From: a virus
Taxonomy: Duplodnaviria; Caudoviricetes
IMG/VR virus record: IMGVR_UViG_3300025674_000059
Coordinates: 1-52,782 of that record
DNA: 52,782 nt
Reading direction: 5' to 3' (one strand)
The notes below the pieces were generated by a model. It did no database searches, had not been told where the DNA came from, and worked only from the letters and a program-made list of their open reading frames with translations. Below, in pieces: positions 21,299 to 30,409 of this stretch. Numbering within the stretch: the stretch's first letter is position 1; each line of letters opens with the position of its first letter. A program made the position numbers and the translations under genes.

Positions 21299-22161
21299 TG
21301 GCCTCTATTAGAAAGACCCTTCAAGAAAACGCTAACGACAGCAAAAATACCCGCATGGATATTGCCAGCGGCAATATGTTAGGGAACTGGCGACCTGATG
21401 AAATTACGCATATGACGCGCTTCGATAAGTGTTCGTCGCTATGTATCGGAGAAGCGAAATATCGCGACAGACCTATCGACGTACTCGAGGCAGGGTGCGG
21501 AGAACTTTGGGTACTGCGTAACTTGTATAAAGCCTACACCGTAAAGAAGTCGGACGTGATCCGCTCTTATCGCGGCGTAGATATCGACCCAGCTGTCCTG
21601 AACGAAAAGGTTGGCTATAGCAGCCCTACTGGACTTGTTCAAGACTCGACATGGTTCGCTAACTTTAACGGACAGATTGATATTCAAGACCTTACGGTAA
21701 ATCCCGTATTTGACCTGCCCGACGAATCAATAGACTTTTTCTGGACTACTGAAGTTATTGAACATATGGGCCGCGAGTTTATTGCACCGTGGCTTGATGA
21801 CGCTAACCGAGTATTACGTCCAGGAGGACTGATTTACGTTTCAACGCCTAACCATGACGGCTCTAACGATAAGCTCCCCGAAGACCACGTTTACGAATGG
21901 GGCTTCGAAGAACTAAAAGACGAGCTTACGAAAGAATCACGAGGGTGGGAACTACAGTCGGTTGTCGGTACGTTTTGCCAAATGCCTAAACTAAAGAAGG
22001 CTATGCAGAAAGACGGCGAGGACGGCGAATGGCGTTGGCTACCTGATCAGTTCGAGTTACTCGAAGAACGCTACGGCAAACAGTTTTTACGAGTAGTTGC
22101 CGCTACGTTTTTCCCAGAAGTTTCTAACAACTGTGCGTGGATATTGAGAAAGCCTTCATGA
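21298..22161 (+). CDS. Class I SAM-dependent methyltransferase (not a canonical DNA MTase)
   Basis: VLEAGCG, GVDID, TEVIEHM and RVLRPGGLIYVSTPN motifs; no DPPY/NPPY or PC catalytic motif. Confidence 0.85.
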   Translation: MASIRKTLQENANDSKNTRMDIASGNMLGNWRPDEITHMTRFDKCSSLCIGEAKYRDRPIDVLEAGCGELWVLRNLYKAYTVKKSDVIRSYRGVDIDPAVLNEKVGYSSPTGLVQDSTWFANFNGQIDIQDLTVNPVFDLPDESIDFFWTTEVIEHMGREFIAPWLDDANRVLRPGGLIYVSTPNHDGSNDKLPEDHVYEWGFEELKDELTKESRGWELQSVVGTFCQMPKLKKAMQKDGEDGEWRWLPDQFELLEERYGKQFLRVVAATFFPEVSNNCAWILRKPS

Positions 22162-23084
22162 CAAACTTTATACCTGCAGAGGTAGATAGGTACGTTTACT
22201 GGATCGAAGAACGTGAACGTATTCGTCATCTAAAAGAGGAGGTTCAACAAGAGCCTCCTTGGACGCAAGACCCGATACTGCAAGAGTTTAAGTTTTGCCA
22301 AGTTTTCCGTGAGGACGATAGGACTACGCGGTGGTTTCGCGAGCATATTCGCGAGCCACTACGCAACGACCCCGACGTACTGATGGCGACAGTAATTTTT
22401 AGATTCTTCAATTTGATCGAAACAGGGAGAACGCTGCTCGACCATAACTTACTAACTGAATGGGATCGAGAGAAAGCGATCGAAGAAGTGCGGAAACAGC
22501 CGAAGTGGATTACCGGCGCGTATATCGTCAAAACTCCTAACCGCATGGATAAGGTAACAGGCGTGGCTGAGTGTGTTACTCATCTATGGGTAGAGCGGGA
22601 GCGTATTCTAAAAGATTTTAAACATTTTAAATCTTTATGTGACGCGTGGCATTACTTAATGAGGTTCCCGTATATCGGGCCGTTTGTATCTTACGAACTA
22701 GTTTCTGACCTACGTCACACCCACCTGCTAGAAAACGCTGAGGATATTTGTTCGTGGGCGAATGCTGGGCCTGGAGCAATGAGAGGGCTAAACAGGCTGA
22801 CAGGTAGACCACTAGAGTTCTGCAAACGCAGTTGGGATTGGAATGGTGAAATGCAGGCGCTATACCAGTGGTGTAGAGAACAGCTAGACCTTAGTAAATT
22901 CCACAGACCTTTCGAGATGCGGGAGATCGAAGGAGGACTATGTGAGTTTGATAAATATTCTCGCATATTGCATGGACAAGGACGTACCCGAAGCGTCTAT
23001 AACTACTCAGAAAGAAACCGTCCTCTAATAGAGGATATAGAGAATGGAGAAAGTAAATGGGGAAACTCAAACAGTTGGTCGTAG
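22158..23084 (+). CDS. 5-hmdU DNA kinase-type helical-domain protein (aGPT-Pplase clade 1)
   Basis: WTQDPIL..FKFCQVFREDDRTT, FRFFN, IGPFVSYELVSDL, GPGAMRGL and EGGLCEFDKY motifs; ATGA-coupled to the MTase. Confidence 0.8.
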   Translation: MTNFIPAEVDRYVYWIEERERIRHLKEEVQQEPPWTQDPILQEFKFCQVFREDDRTTRWFREHIREPLRNDPDVLMATVIFRFFNLIETGRTLLDHNLLTEWDREKAIEEVRKQPKWITGAYIVKTPNRMDKVTGVAECVTHLWVERERILKDFKHFKSLCDAWHYLMRFPYIGPFVSYELVSDLRHTHLLENAEDICSWANAGPGAMRGLNRLTGRPLEFCKRSWDWNGEMQALYQWCREQLDLSKFHRPFEMREIEGGLCEFDKYSRILHGQGRTRSVYNYSERNRPLIEDIENGESKWGNSNSWS

Positions 23085-23293
23085 ATCTAGATAAAGATCA
23101 GGTTGCCTTCGCTATGGAGCATTACGGACTGTTCCTACAAAAAGCGATGAAAGATAAAACGATGCCGAATACTTGGCAAGACGCTATCAACGCAATTCAT
23201 TGGGCAGCGTATATTTCAGGTGTCGATCTAGGCCGCATTCAGATCGAATACATCATTAACCAGCAGACGGAGAGCCTTTATGAAAGTGATTAG
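23057..23293 (+). CDS. Hypothetical protein in the modification operon
   Basis: GGAG RBS; overlaps both neighbours. Confidence 0.6.
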   Translation: MGKLKQLVVDLDKDQVAFAMEHYGLFLQKAMKDKTMPNTWQDAINAIHWAAYISGVDLGRIQIEYIINQQTESLYESD

Positions 23294-24332
23294 CGCCGTT
23301 AATGTAAATGACGCGCTGTTACGCGGCGTCGATTTATTCCAGTCTTCGGTGAATTACCGAACTCAATCTAGTCGTAACGGAGATACGATGGAGTGCCATA
23401 CTCCTGTAACTACTGTTTACCGGAAACCTTGGCAGCGAGTATTGTTCAATGAAAAGCGAGACGCTAACCCTTTCTTTCATCTATATGAAGCTATTTGGAT
23501 GCTGGGAGGTTCTCGAGATCTGCAAAAGCTCACTCATTTTAACGCAGGAATGGCTAACTTTTCAGACGATAACGAAACCTTAAACGGTTCTTACGGCTAT
23601 CGGTGGAGGCAACAGTTTGATTACGATCAGATTGAAAGCGTAGTAGATATGCTAACGAGAGATCCTGACTCGCGTCGAGTAGTTTTACAGATGTGGGATC
23701 CAGTAAATGATCTAGATAGCCCAAGCAAAGATATTCCGTGTAATACGAACATCTACTTTAAGATCAGAGACAGCGCCTTACAGATGACTGTCTGTAACAG
23801 ATCGAACGATATGATCTGGGGAGCTTACGGAGCTAACGCAGTTCATATGTCGGTGTTGCAAGAATACGTTGCTGCAGCATTAGGCTGCTACATGGGGCCG
23901 TATTATCAAGTTAGTGATAGCTTCCATGTCTACCTGAATAAAGAATGGGATAAGGTAAAAGACCTTCGAGTTACGCCTTTCCTCCCAGTATCCGAAGAAT
24001 ATCCAGAAGAACACTATCCTCTCTGCTCTCACCCCGAGACGTTTTTAGAGGAATGTGAGGAACTATTAGACAGTGTCCCGCCGAGACGAGTTTCAGGAAA
24101 CCCTGAGCCGGTCGATAGCTGGCCGACGATATTCGGAGCAAGTAAGTATAAAAACACCTTCTTCCCAGAGGTAATGATCCCGATGATCCACGCCTACATC
24201 TGCCATAAGGAGCGGCGATATGAAGATTGCTACAAATATCTCGGAGAAATTAAAGCGTTGGACTGGCAACAAGCCTGCTTCCAGTGGATTAAACGACGAG
24301 AAAGAAATTGGAGAAATAAAAATGGGTCTTGA
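23280..24332 (+). CDS. Thymidylate synthase homologue, probable dUMP hydroxymethylase
   Basis: ANPFFHLYEAIWML, SRRVVL, KDIPCN (catalytic Cys), RSNDMIWGAYGAN (Asn at the dUMP-specificity position), SFHVY; resembles M6/YuA-type enzymes. Confidence 0.85.
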   Translation: MKVISAVNVNDALLRGVDLFQSSVNYRTQSSRNGDTMECHTPVTTVYRKPWQRVLFNEKRDANPFFHLYEAIWMLGGSRDLQKLTHFNAGMANFSDDNETLNGSYGYRWRQQFDYDQIESVVDMLTRDPDSRRVVLQMWDPVNDLDSPSKDIPCNTNIYFKIRDSALQMTVCNRSNDMIWGAYGANAVHMSVLQEYVAAALGCYMGPYYQVSDSFHVYLNKEWDKVKDLRVTPFLPVSEEYPEEHYPLCSHPETFLEECEELLDSVPPRRVSGNPEPVDSWPTIFGASKYKNTFFPEVMIPMIHAYICHKERRYEDCYKYLGEIKALDWQQACFQWIKRRERNWRNKNGS

Positions 24333-24654
24333 TCGCAAGTGGACGGATATGAAAAATATCGCTCAGGAAGATATTGTTAGCCTGATCGAATCGGAAAAAT
24401 CTTACGGTGATTCGTGGAAGCGTCGGGGCGGTACGGGGGCATTTATGATGTTAGCCCGTAAGTTCGACAGGATCGAACAGCAGGCCGAGCATTGTAATTA
24501 CGATGTGTTCGAGGCAGGGATAAAGTTCGACGGCGAAGATGGGTTACTCGACGATATCGGAGACCTTAGACGCTATTTATTTTTAGTTGAGCAACATATT
24601 CGTTCGCTAGAATCAGGAGGACTGATAGATGCAGATACCTCTGATCCAACCTGA
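24322..24654 (+). CDS. Nucleotide-modification-associated (Nmad1/MazG-like) protein
   Basis: GGAG RBS; K.YGDSW, RKFDRI and D.IGDLRRY helical motifs. Confidence 0.6.
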   Translation: MGLDRKWTDMKNIAQEDIVSLIESEKSYGDSWKRRGGTGAFMMLARKFDRIEQQAEHCNYDVFEAGIKFDGEDGLLDDIGDLRRYLFLVEQHIRSLESGGLIDADTSDPT

Positions 24655-26491
24655 AAGCGATTGGATAGCTCCGCAAGTTTTACCTAAGTTCGACCCACAC
24701 GAAACGCTCGCGGTCGATTTAGAAACTTACGACCCCAACTTGATAAACCGTGGCCCAGGATGGGCAACGGGTGACGGCTACGTTGTCGGGATCGCTATCG
24801 CATCAGATTCATGGTCAGGGTATTTACCGATACGGCACGAAAACGGTGGCAACTTAGAGGAAGAAGTTGTCCTACGCTGGCTCAAAAGAACCTTTGAAAA
24901 TCATAAAGGTACGATGGTTTTCCATAATGCACTTTATGATGTTGGCTGGCTAAAACGTGAAGGTGTAGAACTAACGTGTAGGTTGCGCGATACGATGTTT
25001 GCAGCGCCATTGTTAGATGAAAACCGACGGTCATACTCGTTAAACAACTTAGGTAAGGATTTATTAGCTGAGGAAAAAGACGAAACGCTACTCGAGATGG
25101 CAGCAAAAGCGTGGGGCGTAAACGCAAAGAGCGGCATGTGGTCGCTCCCAGCGAAGTATGTGGGGCCGTATGCGGAACAGGATGCAGTCCTAACACTACG
25201 CCTGTGGAAGACGCTAGGGAAGCGTATAGAGGCCGAGGGGCTACAGAAGATATTCGACCTAGAGTGCGACCTTATACCGCTGCTGATCGAGATGCGATGG
25301 CGTGGCGTTCGGATCGACACGGCCCGAGCAGAGCAAGCCTCGGAGCAAATGTCTAAGAAAGAACAGCAACTACTCGTAGAGATTAAGAGACGGTTCGGTA
25401 TCAACGTAGATATTTGGGCGAGCGCGTCAATACAAAAAGCGTTCGACGCCAATGACTTATGGTATCCACATACCGAGAAAGGCGCACCAAGTTTCCAAGG
25501 CCCGTGGTTAGAAGCTCACGACCACGACCTCCCGAAGATGATTGTTGAAGCTCGACGTATCAATAAAGCTCGGACTACGTTTATCGAAGGAGCGATCCTA
25601 GAGTATTCTCACAACGGTCGGATACACGCTGAAGCTCACCCGCTAAAGAATGATGGTGGCGGTACAGTAACAGGACGGTTTAGTTACTCGAACCCAAATC
25701 TTCAGCAAGTTCCTGCGAGAGACCCAGAGATCGGTAAACTGATTCGTTCTTTGTTTATCCCCGAAGAAGGAGCAACGTGGGGGGTATTCGATTACTCTCA
25801 ACAAGAGCCTCGGATTACCGTACATTATTCGTCGCTACTCGGACTCGAGGGAGCCGCTGACGCGGTAAATGCGTATTCTAACGAAGGAGCTGACTTTCAC
25901 CAGATCGTAGCGGATATGGCGGGTATCCCCCGCAAACAAGCTAAGAATATCAATCTTGGCTTAACGTATGGGATGGGCCGCGAAAAGCTCATTAAAGAAC
26001 TAGGACTAGAGTCAGACGAAGCTGGGAAACTACTCGACTTATACCATAGCCGCGTTCCTTTTATCCGAGGGATACAAAACATGTGTACTCGGATGGCAGA
26101 ACAGCGCGGGTATATAACAACACTCGGTGGTCGTAAATGCCATTTCGATTTATGGGAGCCGGTCGGATATTTACATGGGGAAAAACAAACGCCGTTACCC
26201 AGACAAGAAGCGGTAGATAAGTATGGTGATAACCTCAAGCGGTCGTTTACATACAAGGCACTAAACAAGCTGATCCAAGGATCGGCTGCAGATATGACGA
26301 AACTCGCTATGCGTGATTTGTGGAAAGAAGGATTAGTTCCGCATATTGGTATACATGACGAACTCGACTATTCGATTTTTAATAAAGAACAATCAGACAT
26401 GGTGATCGATAAGATGGTCAACTGTGTCGATTTAAAAGTTCCACTAGTAGTGGATTACGAAACCGGAATAAATTGGGGTGAAGCTAAATGA
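24629..26491 (+). CDS. polA: Family A DNA polymerase with 3'-5' exonuclease
   Basis: DLET, HNALYD, YAEQD; TGRFSYSNPNLQQVP, DYSQQE, AKNINLGLTYG and IHDEL motifs. Confidence 0.95.
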   Translation: MQIPLIQPESDWIAPQVLPKFDPHETLAVDLETYDPNLINRGPGWATGDGYVVGIAIASDSWSGYLPIRHENGGNLEEEVVLRWLKRTFENHKGTMVFHNALYDVGWLKREGVELTCRLRDTMFAAPLLDENRRSYSLNNLGKDLLAEEKDETLLEMAAKAWGVNAKSGMWSLPAKYVGPYAEQDAVLTLRLWKTLGKRIEAEGLQKIFDLECDLIPLLIEMRWRGVRIDTARAEQASEQMSKKEQQLLVEIKRRFGINVDIWASASIQKAFDANDLWYPHTEKGAPSFQGPWLEAHDHDLPKMIVEARRINKARTTFIEGAILEYSHNGRIHAEAHPLKNDGGGTVTGRFSYSNPNLQQVPARDPEIGKLIRSLFIPEEGATWGVFDYSQQEPRITVHYSSLLGLEGAADAVNAYSNEGADFHQIVADMAGIPRKQAKNINLGLTYGMGREKLIKELGLESDEAGKLLDLYHSRVPFIRGIQNMCTRMAEQRGYITTLGGRKCHFDLWEPVGYLHGEKQTPLPRQEAVDKYGDNLKRSFTYKALNKLIQGSAADMTKLAMRDLWKEGLVPHIGIHDELDYSIFNKEQSDMVIDKMVNCVDLKVPLVVDYETGINWGEAK

Positions 26492-26700
26492 TGCGAATAC
26501 AAAGTCTTTCGCAAGAAGATATCGCGAAAAACGAAGAAACGTATAAACAAATTTTTCAGTTATATGATAGTGGTACGATGACTCTTAAAGAGATCGGGCA
26601 GATCTATAACGTAAGTAAGCAGCGAATCTGGCAGATCGTAAAGAAAGTTCAAAAAGGCAATGGAGACTACTACCATGAGCACCGGAATAAAGGAAGTTAA
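26488..26700 (+). CDS. Sigma70 region 4-like HTH protein
   Basis: TLKEIGQIYNVSKQRIWQI. Confidence 0.8.
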   Translation: MMRIQSLSQEDIAKNEETYKQIFQLYDSGTMTLKEIGQIYNVSKQRIWQIVKKVQKGNGDYYHEHRNKGS

Positions 26701-27004
26701 AATGTTTGGGAGCGGTGAGTTTGAGATCCAGTGCGATGAAGAACAAGTAAAAGTGATTTTCGACACGATTAACGAATGGTTAGAAGAGATGCGTGGAGAC
26801 GGCGATGTCGATATGATGGACGTATACAAAGCTATGGTGTTCGTCGGATCAGTAAACCTGATCCACCTTTTAAATTATACGATCGAAGAAGCGGATGAGA
26901 TGATGGACGAAGTTAGAGCTAACGCTTTTGAACTGTTAGAAATATTCGGGGATCGAGAGAGTATTCTTGAAAAGATTTCTGAAGACGGAATGATTAAACA
27001 CTAA
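26660..27004 (+). CDS. Acidic hypothetical protein
   Basis: ORF packed in the operon; start uncertain. Confidence 0.6.
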   Translation: METTTMSTGIKEVKMFGSGEFEIQCDEEQVKVIFDTINEWLEEMRGDGDVDMMDVYKAMVFVGSVNLIHLLNYTIEEADEMMDEVRANAFELLEIFGDRESILEKISEDGMIKH

Positions 27005-27114
27005 TGAAACCCAAACGCGATGATGTAATCACGGGGATACTCGTAGGTATTTCGATCATCATCGGGATATATCTTCTTAGTTTCGTATTACAGATGCTGA
27101 TAACGTATGGCTAA
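27004..27114 (+). CDS. 36-aa single-TM membrane peptide (not in ORF track)
   Basis: MKPKRDDVITGILVGISIIIGIYLLSFVLQMLITYG; fills the gap and overlaps both neighbours. Confidence 0.55.
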   Translation: MKPKRDDVITGILVGISIIIGIYLLSFVLQMLITYG

Positions 27115-27496
27115 AGAATCACAGTTCTGGTCTCTAATGAAACCGCATATCCCTAACGAAGCTCATGTTCAGCGGATCGAGACTGGCGGAACAGGGAAGG
27201 GAGTGCCGGACGTAAACTATTGTCAGAACGGCAAAGAGATCTGGATCGAACTTAAATCGATCAAAGGCAATAAGTCTGAGCTAAGTCCATTCCAGATCGC
27301 TTGGCTTTATAACCGAGCCAAAGCAGGCGGCAACTGTTTCGTACTGATTAGAAAGAATAGAGAGATAAAATTATTCCAGCCGACTGAGCTAAAAGAGATA
27401 CAAGAGCTTAATTGGAAAAGCGAGTCTGCCGTTACTCTGGAGGCTCCGTACGATTGGAAAACCCTGTTTACTTTTATCTTTAAGGCGTCGCGTTAG
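27107..27496 (+). CDS. VRR-NUC/Holliday junction resolvase-like PD-(D/E)xK nuclease
   Basis: RIE...GVPD...WIELK...LSPFQIAW...GG motifs. Confidence 0.8.
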   Translation: MAKESQFWSLMKPHIPNEAHVQRIETGGTGKGVPDVNYCQNGKEIWIELKSIKGNKSELSPFQIAWLYNRAKAGGNCFVLIRKNREIKLFQPTELKEIQELNWKSESAVTLEAPYDWKTLFTFIFKASR

Positions 27497-27570
27497 TGCT
27501 TTACTTTCGTAACCCTCGCGGCTAAAGTATTAAAAGTAGCGCCGTGACAGCGTTACGAACATTTAGAAAG
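27494..27570 (+). promoter_or_regulatory. Early promoter-hairpin cassette
   Basis: TTTACT(27500)-17 nt-TAAAGT, stem GTAGCGC/GCGTTAC, then TAGAAAG. Confidence 0.75.
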
Positions 27571-27594
27571 TAGAACTTACAAAGGAGACTACCC

Positions 27595-28611
27595 ATGGTA
27601 GCAGCAGTAGAAAGTATGGCGTGGACAGGCCAAGTGCCTTGGCACGGCGAAGGCGTGGAAGTTGACGGTACGTTAACACCCCATGAGATGATGGTCGCCG
27701 CCGGTCTAGACTGGTCGGTAGACAAGCGTCCTTTATATACGCTGGCGCGGCCCGTTAGCGAATACGAAAAAGACGCTGACGGTAATATCATTCTTGACGA
27801 GGTTATGGAACACCCTGACCGCTTTAGTATTATGCGCGATAGCGACAATACGATCCTCGGTACTTGTTCACAAGATTACCAACCTATCCAAAACGAACGT
27901 ATCTTCGACTTCTTCCAGAAGTTTGCTAAACACGCCAACATCTCTATGGAGACGGCGGGTAGCTTACGAGGCGGTAAGGATATCTTCGGACTTGCTAAGT
28001 TAAACGATAGCTTCGAACTTCCTGGAGGCGACGAGATCAACGGCTTCGTACTATTTCGTCAGCCACACCAGCCAGGATATGCAATGTCTATACGCGACAC
28101 CGAAGTGCGAGTCGTATGTAGCAATACGTTGCAACTAGCGTTAAAGCAAACAGCAACCGCTGAGTTTCGTATGTCGCACCGTACCGCGTTTGACGATATC
28201 CGAGAGGAGGAAGCCCTTAAAACTATGGGCGCTGTATACGAGCGGCGTGCAGAGTTTAAGGAAGCGGCTGAGTTCTTATCTAAAACGAAAGCTAAAGACG
28301 GTCAGGTTTTAGAGTTTATCTCTAACTTGTACCAACCGAAGCTGTTGGAAGACCACAAGCTCGAAGACGGCCCGTTACGCGATGCGTTCAACAATACCGC
28401 TAAAACGGTGTTTGAAGCGTTAGTCACCTCTCCAGGAGCCGAAGCTAAATCAGCTAAGGGTACATGGTGGGGCGCGGTAAACGCTGTGACGTTTGTTGAA
28501 GACCATCAGCGTACCGGCGAAAACCGTGTATACAACTCGATGTTCGGTAACGCATCAGCGGCTAAGACCAAAGCGTTTAACCTTGCACTTGAATATGCGA
28601 AGGCGGCGTAA
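27595..28611 (+). CDS. DUF932/DUF945-family phage/plasmid protein
   Basis: VPWHG, AAGLDW.V, YQPIQN, ETAGSL.GG, RVVCSNTL and GTWWGAVNAVT motifs. Confidence 0.85.
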   Translation: MVAAVESMAWTGQVPWHGEGVEVDGTLTPHEMMVAAGLDWSVDKRPLYTLARPVSEYEKDADGNIILDEVMEHPDRFSIMRDSDNTILGTCSQDYQPIQNERIFDFFQKFAKHANISMETAGSLRGGKDIFGLAKLNDSFELPGGDEINGFVLFRQPHQPGYAMSIRDTEVRVVCSNTLQLALKQTATAEFRMSHRTAFDDIREEEALKTMGAVYERRAEFKEAAEFLSKTKAKDGQVLEFISNLYQPKLLEDHKLEDGPLRDAFNNTAKTVFEALVTSPGAEAKSAKGTWWGAVNAVTFVEDHQRTGENRVYNSMFGNASAAKTKAFNLALEYAKAA

Positions 28612-28917
28612 ATGGGCGAAGTAGTTAGATTGCACAATGCGGTAGTTATTGACCAAGAGTTTATTAGTCAGTTGTGGTACTACCTAAACACGCTATCTGA
28701 TCCAGAAGTTATCAATGGAAATCTTTCAGATTTTACTTTGATACAGCAAGGCGCAGCAGAACACTGTTGCGCACTTGCCATAAAGATGGCCGAACAAGAT
28801 TGTGGGCTTGGTGACTCAGTTATTGATCAAGATCGTGAAGCTCTTGAAGAATGGCTGATCCCCGTTAAAGCGTACTTGGAACAAAACGAAACCAGACAGG
28901 AAGGAATTGATTCGTGA
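28612..28917 (+). CDS. Hypothetical protein
   Basis: Abuts the previous stop codon. Confidence 0.6.
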   Translation: MGEVVRLHNAVVIDQEFISQLWYYLNTLSDPEVINGNLSDFTLIQQGAAEHCCALAIKMAEQDCGLGDSVIDQDREALEEWLIPVKAYLEQNETRQEGIDS

Positions 28918-29105
28918 AAACTAAAACTCTTACGTTGCCCGAAGATTTACTACAGCTACAAGCTGAACTAACGATTATGCGCAGCGAATGCTTGCGTATG
29001 GCAGATCGTTGTCAAAGACTAGCTAAGTATTTCTCCCCAGTTGAAGAACCTGAGATGTTCGATACTGGTGAGCCAACATCAGCGTATGTCAACCAAGATC
29101 GGTAA
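28914..29105 (+). CDS. Hypothetical protein
   Basis: AGGA RBS, GTGA overlap. Confidence 0.55.
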   Translation: MKTKTLTLPEDLLQLQAELTIMRSECLRMADRCQRLAKYFSPVEEPEMFDTGEPTSAYVNQDR

Positions 29106-29115
29106 ATCTAAATAC

Positions 29116-29202
29116 TGCTTTACTTTCGGTAGTGTCCGTAGTAAAGTAGTAAACATGCTGGTAAAAACCAGTTAGAAAGTATAACGTCATCATAGAAAGG
29201 AG
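29116..29202 (+). promoter_or_regulatory. Early promoter-hairpin cassette
   Basis: TTTACT(29119)-17 nt-TAAAGT, stem GCTGGT/ACCAGT, TAGAAAG twice, RBS. Confidence 0.75.
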
Positions 29203-29208
29203 AATGAC

Positions 29209-29595
29209 ATGACGATAGTCAAAAAAGAAGCAGCCCCAGCTGCGCCAAAGAAGCCTGCCGCTAAGAAAGTAGCTAAGGTATCTGCGATTAAAGTAACGAA
29301 AGCACCAGCCGCGAGTCGTGGTCGTGCTGCACAGCACTTTAAGTACACGGGCAAACAACTCGGGGAGACTACTGTCAAAACCCCGCAGTTCCAAGCCTTG
29401 ATTATTTCAATGCAAGACATTGAAGCTGCAGAGTTTAATCGTGACGATTTTACGATGCAGCAAGTTGCTGATCTAGGTGTTCAGGAAGGACATATCAGTA
29501 TGCCGAATACTAAAAACCCAGAAAAGCAGAAAAAGCGAATTATCGCTTGCTACAAAAAAGCCCTGATCGATGAAGGGTTTATCGTACAGCTTTAA
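29209..29595 (+). CDS. Basic DNA-binding protein with histone H1-like N-terminus and probable wHTH domain
   Basis: KKEAAPAAPKKPAAKKVAK N-terminus; strong RBS. Confidence 0.65.
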   Translation: MTIVKKEAAPAAPKKPAAKKVAKVSAIKVTKAPAASRGRAAQHFKYTGKQLGETTVKTPQFQALIISMQDIEAAEFNRDDFTMQQVADLGVQEGHISMPNTKNPEKQKKRIIACYKKALIDEGFIVQL

Positions 29596-29640
29596 TTTGA
29601 TCGGGGGCTACGGCCCCCATAACTCTCAGGAGAAAGTAGA

Positions 29641-30333
29641 ATGAAGATTGCACCGATACCAAAAAGGCTGCATTCCCGCTCCATGGTTATATACACCGCG
29701 ATGGAGAATTTGAATGGTTCAGCGACTCGCTTAGAGTTGTATAAAGAATGTCGGAGGATTTGGGCTGAGATAGCTCAAGAGAAACCACCGTCAACGGTAG
29801 ATCAGTTTCAAAAAATACTGACCGCCTCAGCGATATCCCAAGGATACCTTGTTCGACAGAGCAGTCGAGGAACTAAGAACCCTGTTTACACTTTTGCAGC
29901 GTATGAAGTTTTTAGAAGTAAAGCCGAACCCGCGCTGTTATCACGGACGATGTACACTCTTTCGAAGGTCGAAAATGGAGAGCAAGTTATAAGCCCACAG
30001 CGTGTCGAAAAACTTGAGCGTATCCTCGAAGATCCGAGTTCAGAACTTCCGCCACCACGCGAGTGGTCGATAAAACGAGATACGCCTAAGCATTCGCAAC
30101 AGGCTGTAAAAGAAGCCGCTGAAAAAGCTGCAGAAAAACTAGAGCCGCCGAGCGATATACAAGAGATGTTGCAAAATATCGACAAAATTATCGACCGGCA
30201 AAAACCATCGCAGATTACAGTAACCCCGTCAAAGTTAGAAGTACCGATTTGGCCAGCCGTTATTGGAGTTTCGATAGCAGGGATCGCTATACTCGTAGCG
30301 GTATCGTTAAGCGTCCTAGCTTTCGTAGGTTAG
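29641..30333 (+). CDS. Hypothetical protein with C-terminal TM anchor
   Basis: AGGAG RBS; hydrophobic C-terminus. Confidence 0.65.
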   Translation: MKIAPIPKRLHSRSMVIYTAMENLNGSATRLELYKECRRIWAEIAQEKPPSTVDQFQKILTASAISQGYLVRQSSRGTKNPVYTFAAYEVFRSKAEPALLSRTMYTLSKVENGEQVISPQRVEKLERILEDPSSELPPPREWSIKRDTPKHSQQAVKEAAEKAAEKLEPPSDIQEMLQNIDKIIDRQKPSQITVTPSKLEVPIWPAVIGVSIAGIAILVAVSLSVLAFVG

Positions 30334-30404
30334 TGCTTTACTTTCGGGGTAGTCGCCGCTACGTTATTAATAACGGCGCTACCCGCGCCCCGATTAGAAA
30401 GGAG
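30331..30404 (+). promoter_or_regulatory. Early promoter-hairpin cassette
   Basis: TTTACT(30337)-17 nt-TACGTT, stem GGCGC/GCGCC, TAGAAAGGAG. Confidence 0.7.
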
Positions 30405-30409
30405 AACAT

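Noticed and set aside
21298-22161. Canonical DNA methyltransferase protecting GATC or CCWGG
   Set aside because: Lacks DPPY/NPPY/SPPY and PC catalytic motifs
23280-24332. dCMP hydroxymethylase (hmC pathway)
   Set aside because: Asn rather than Asp at the specificity position, and linkage to a 5-hmdU kinase-type gene
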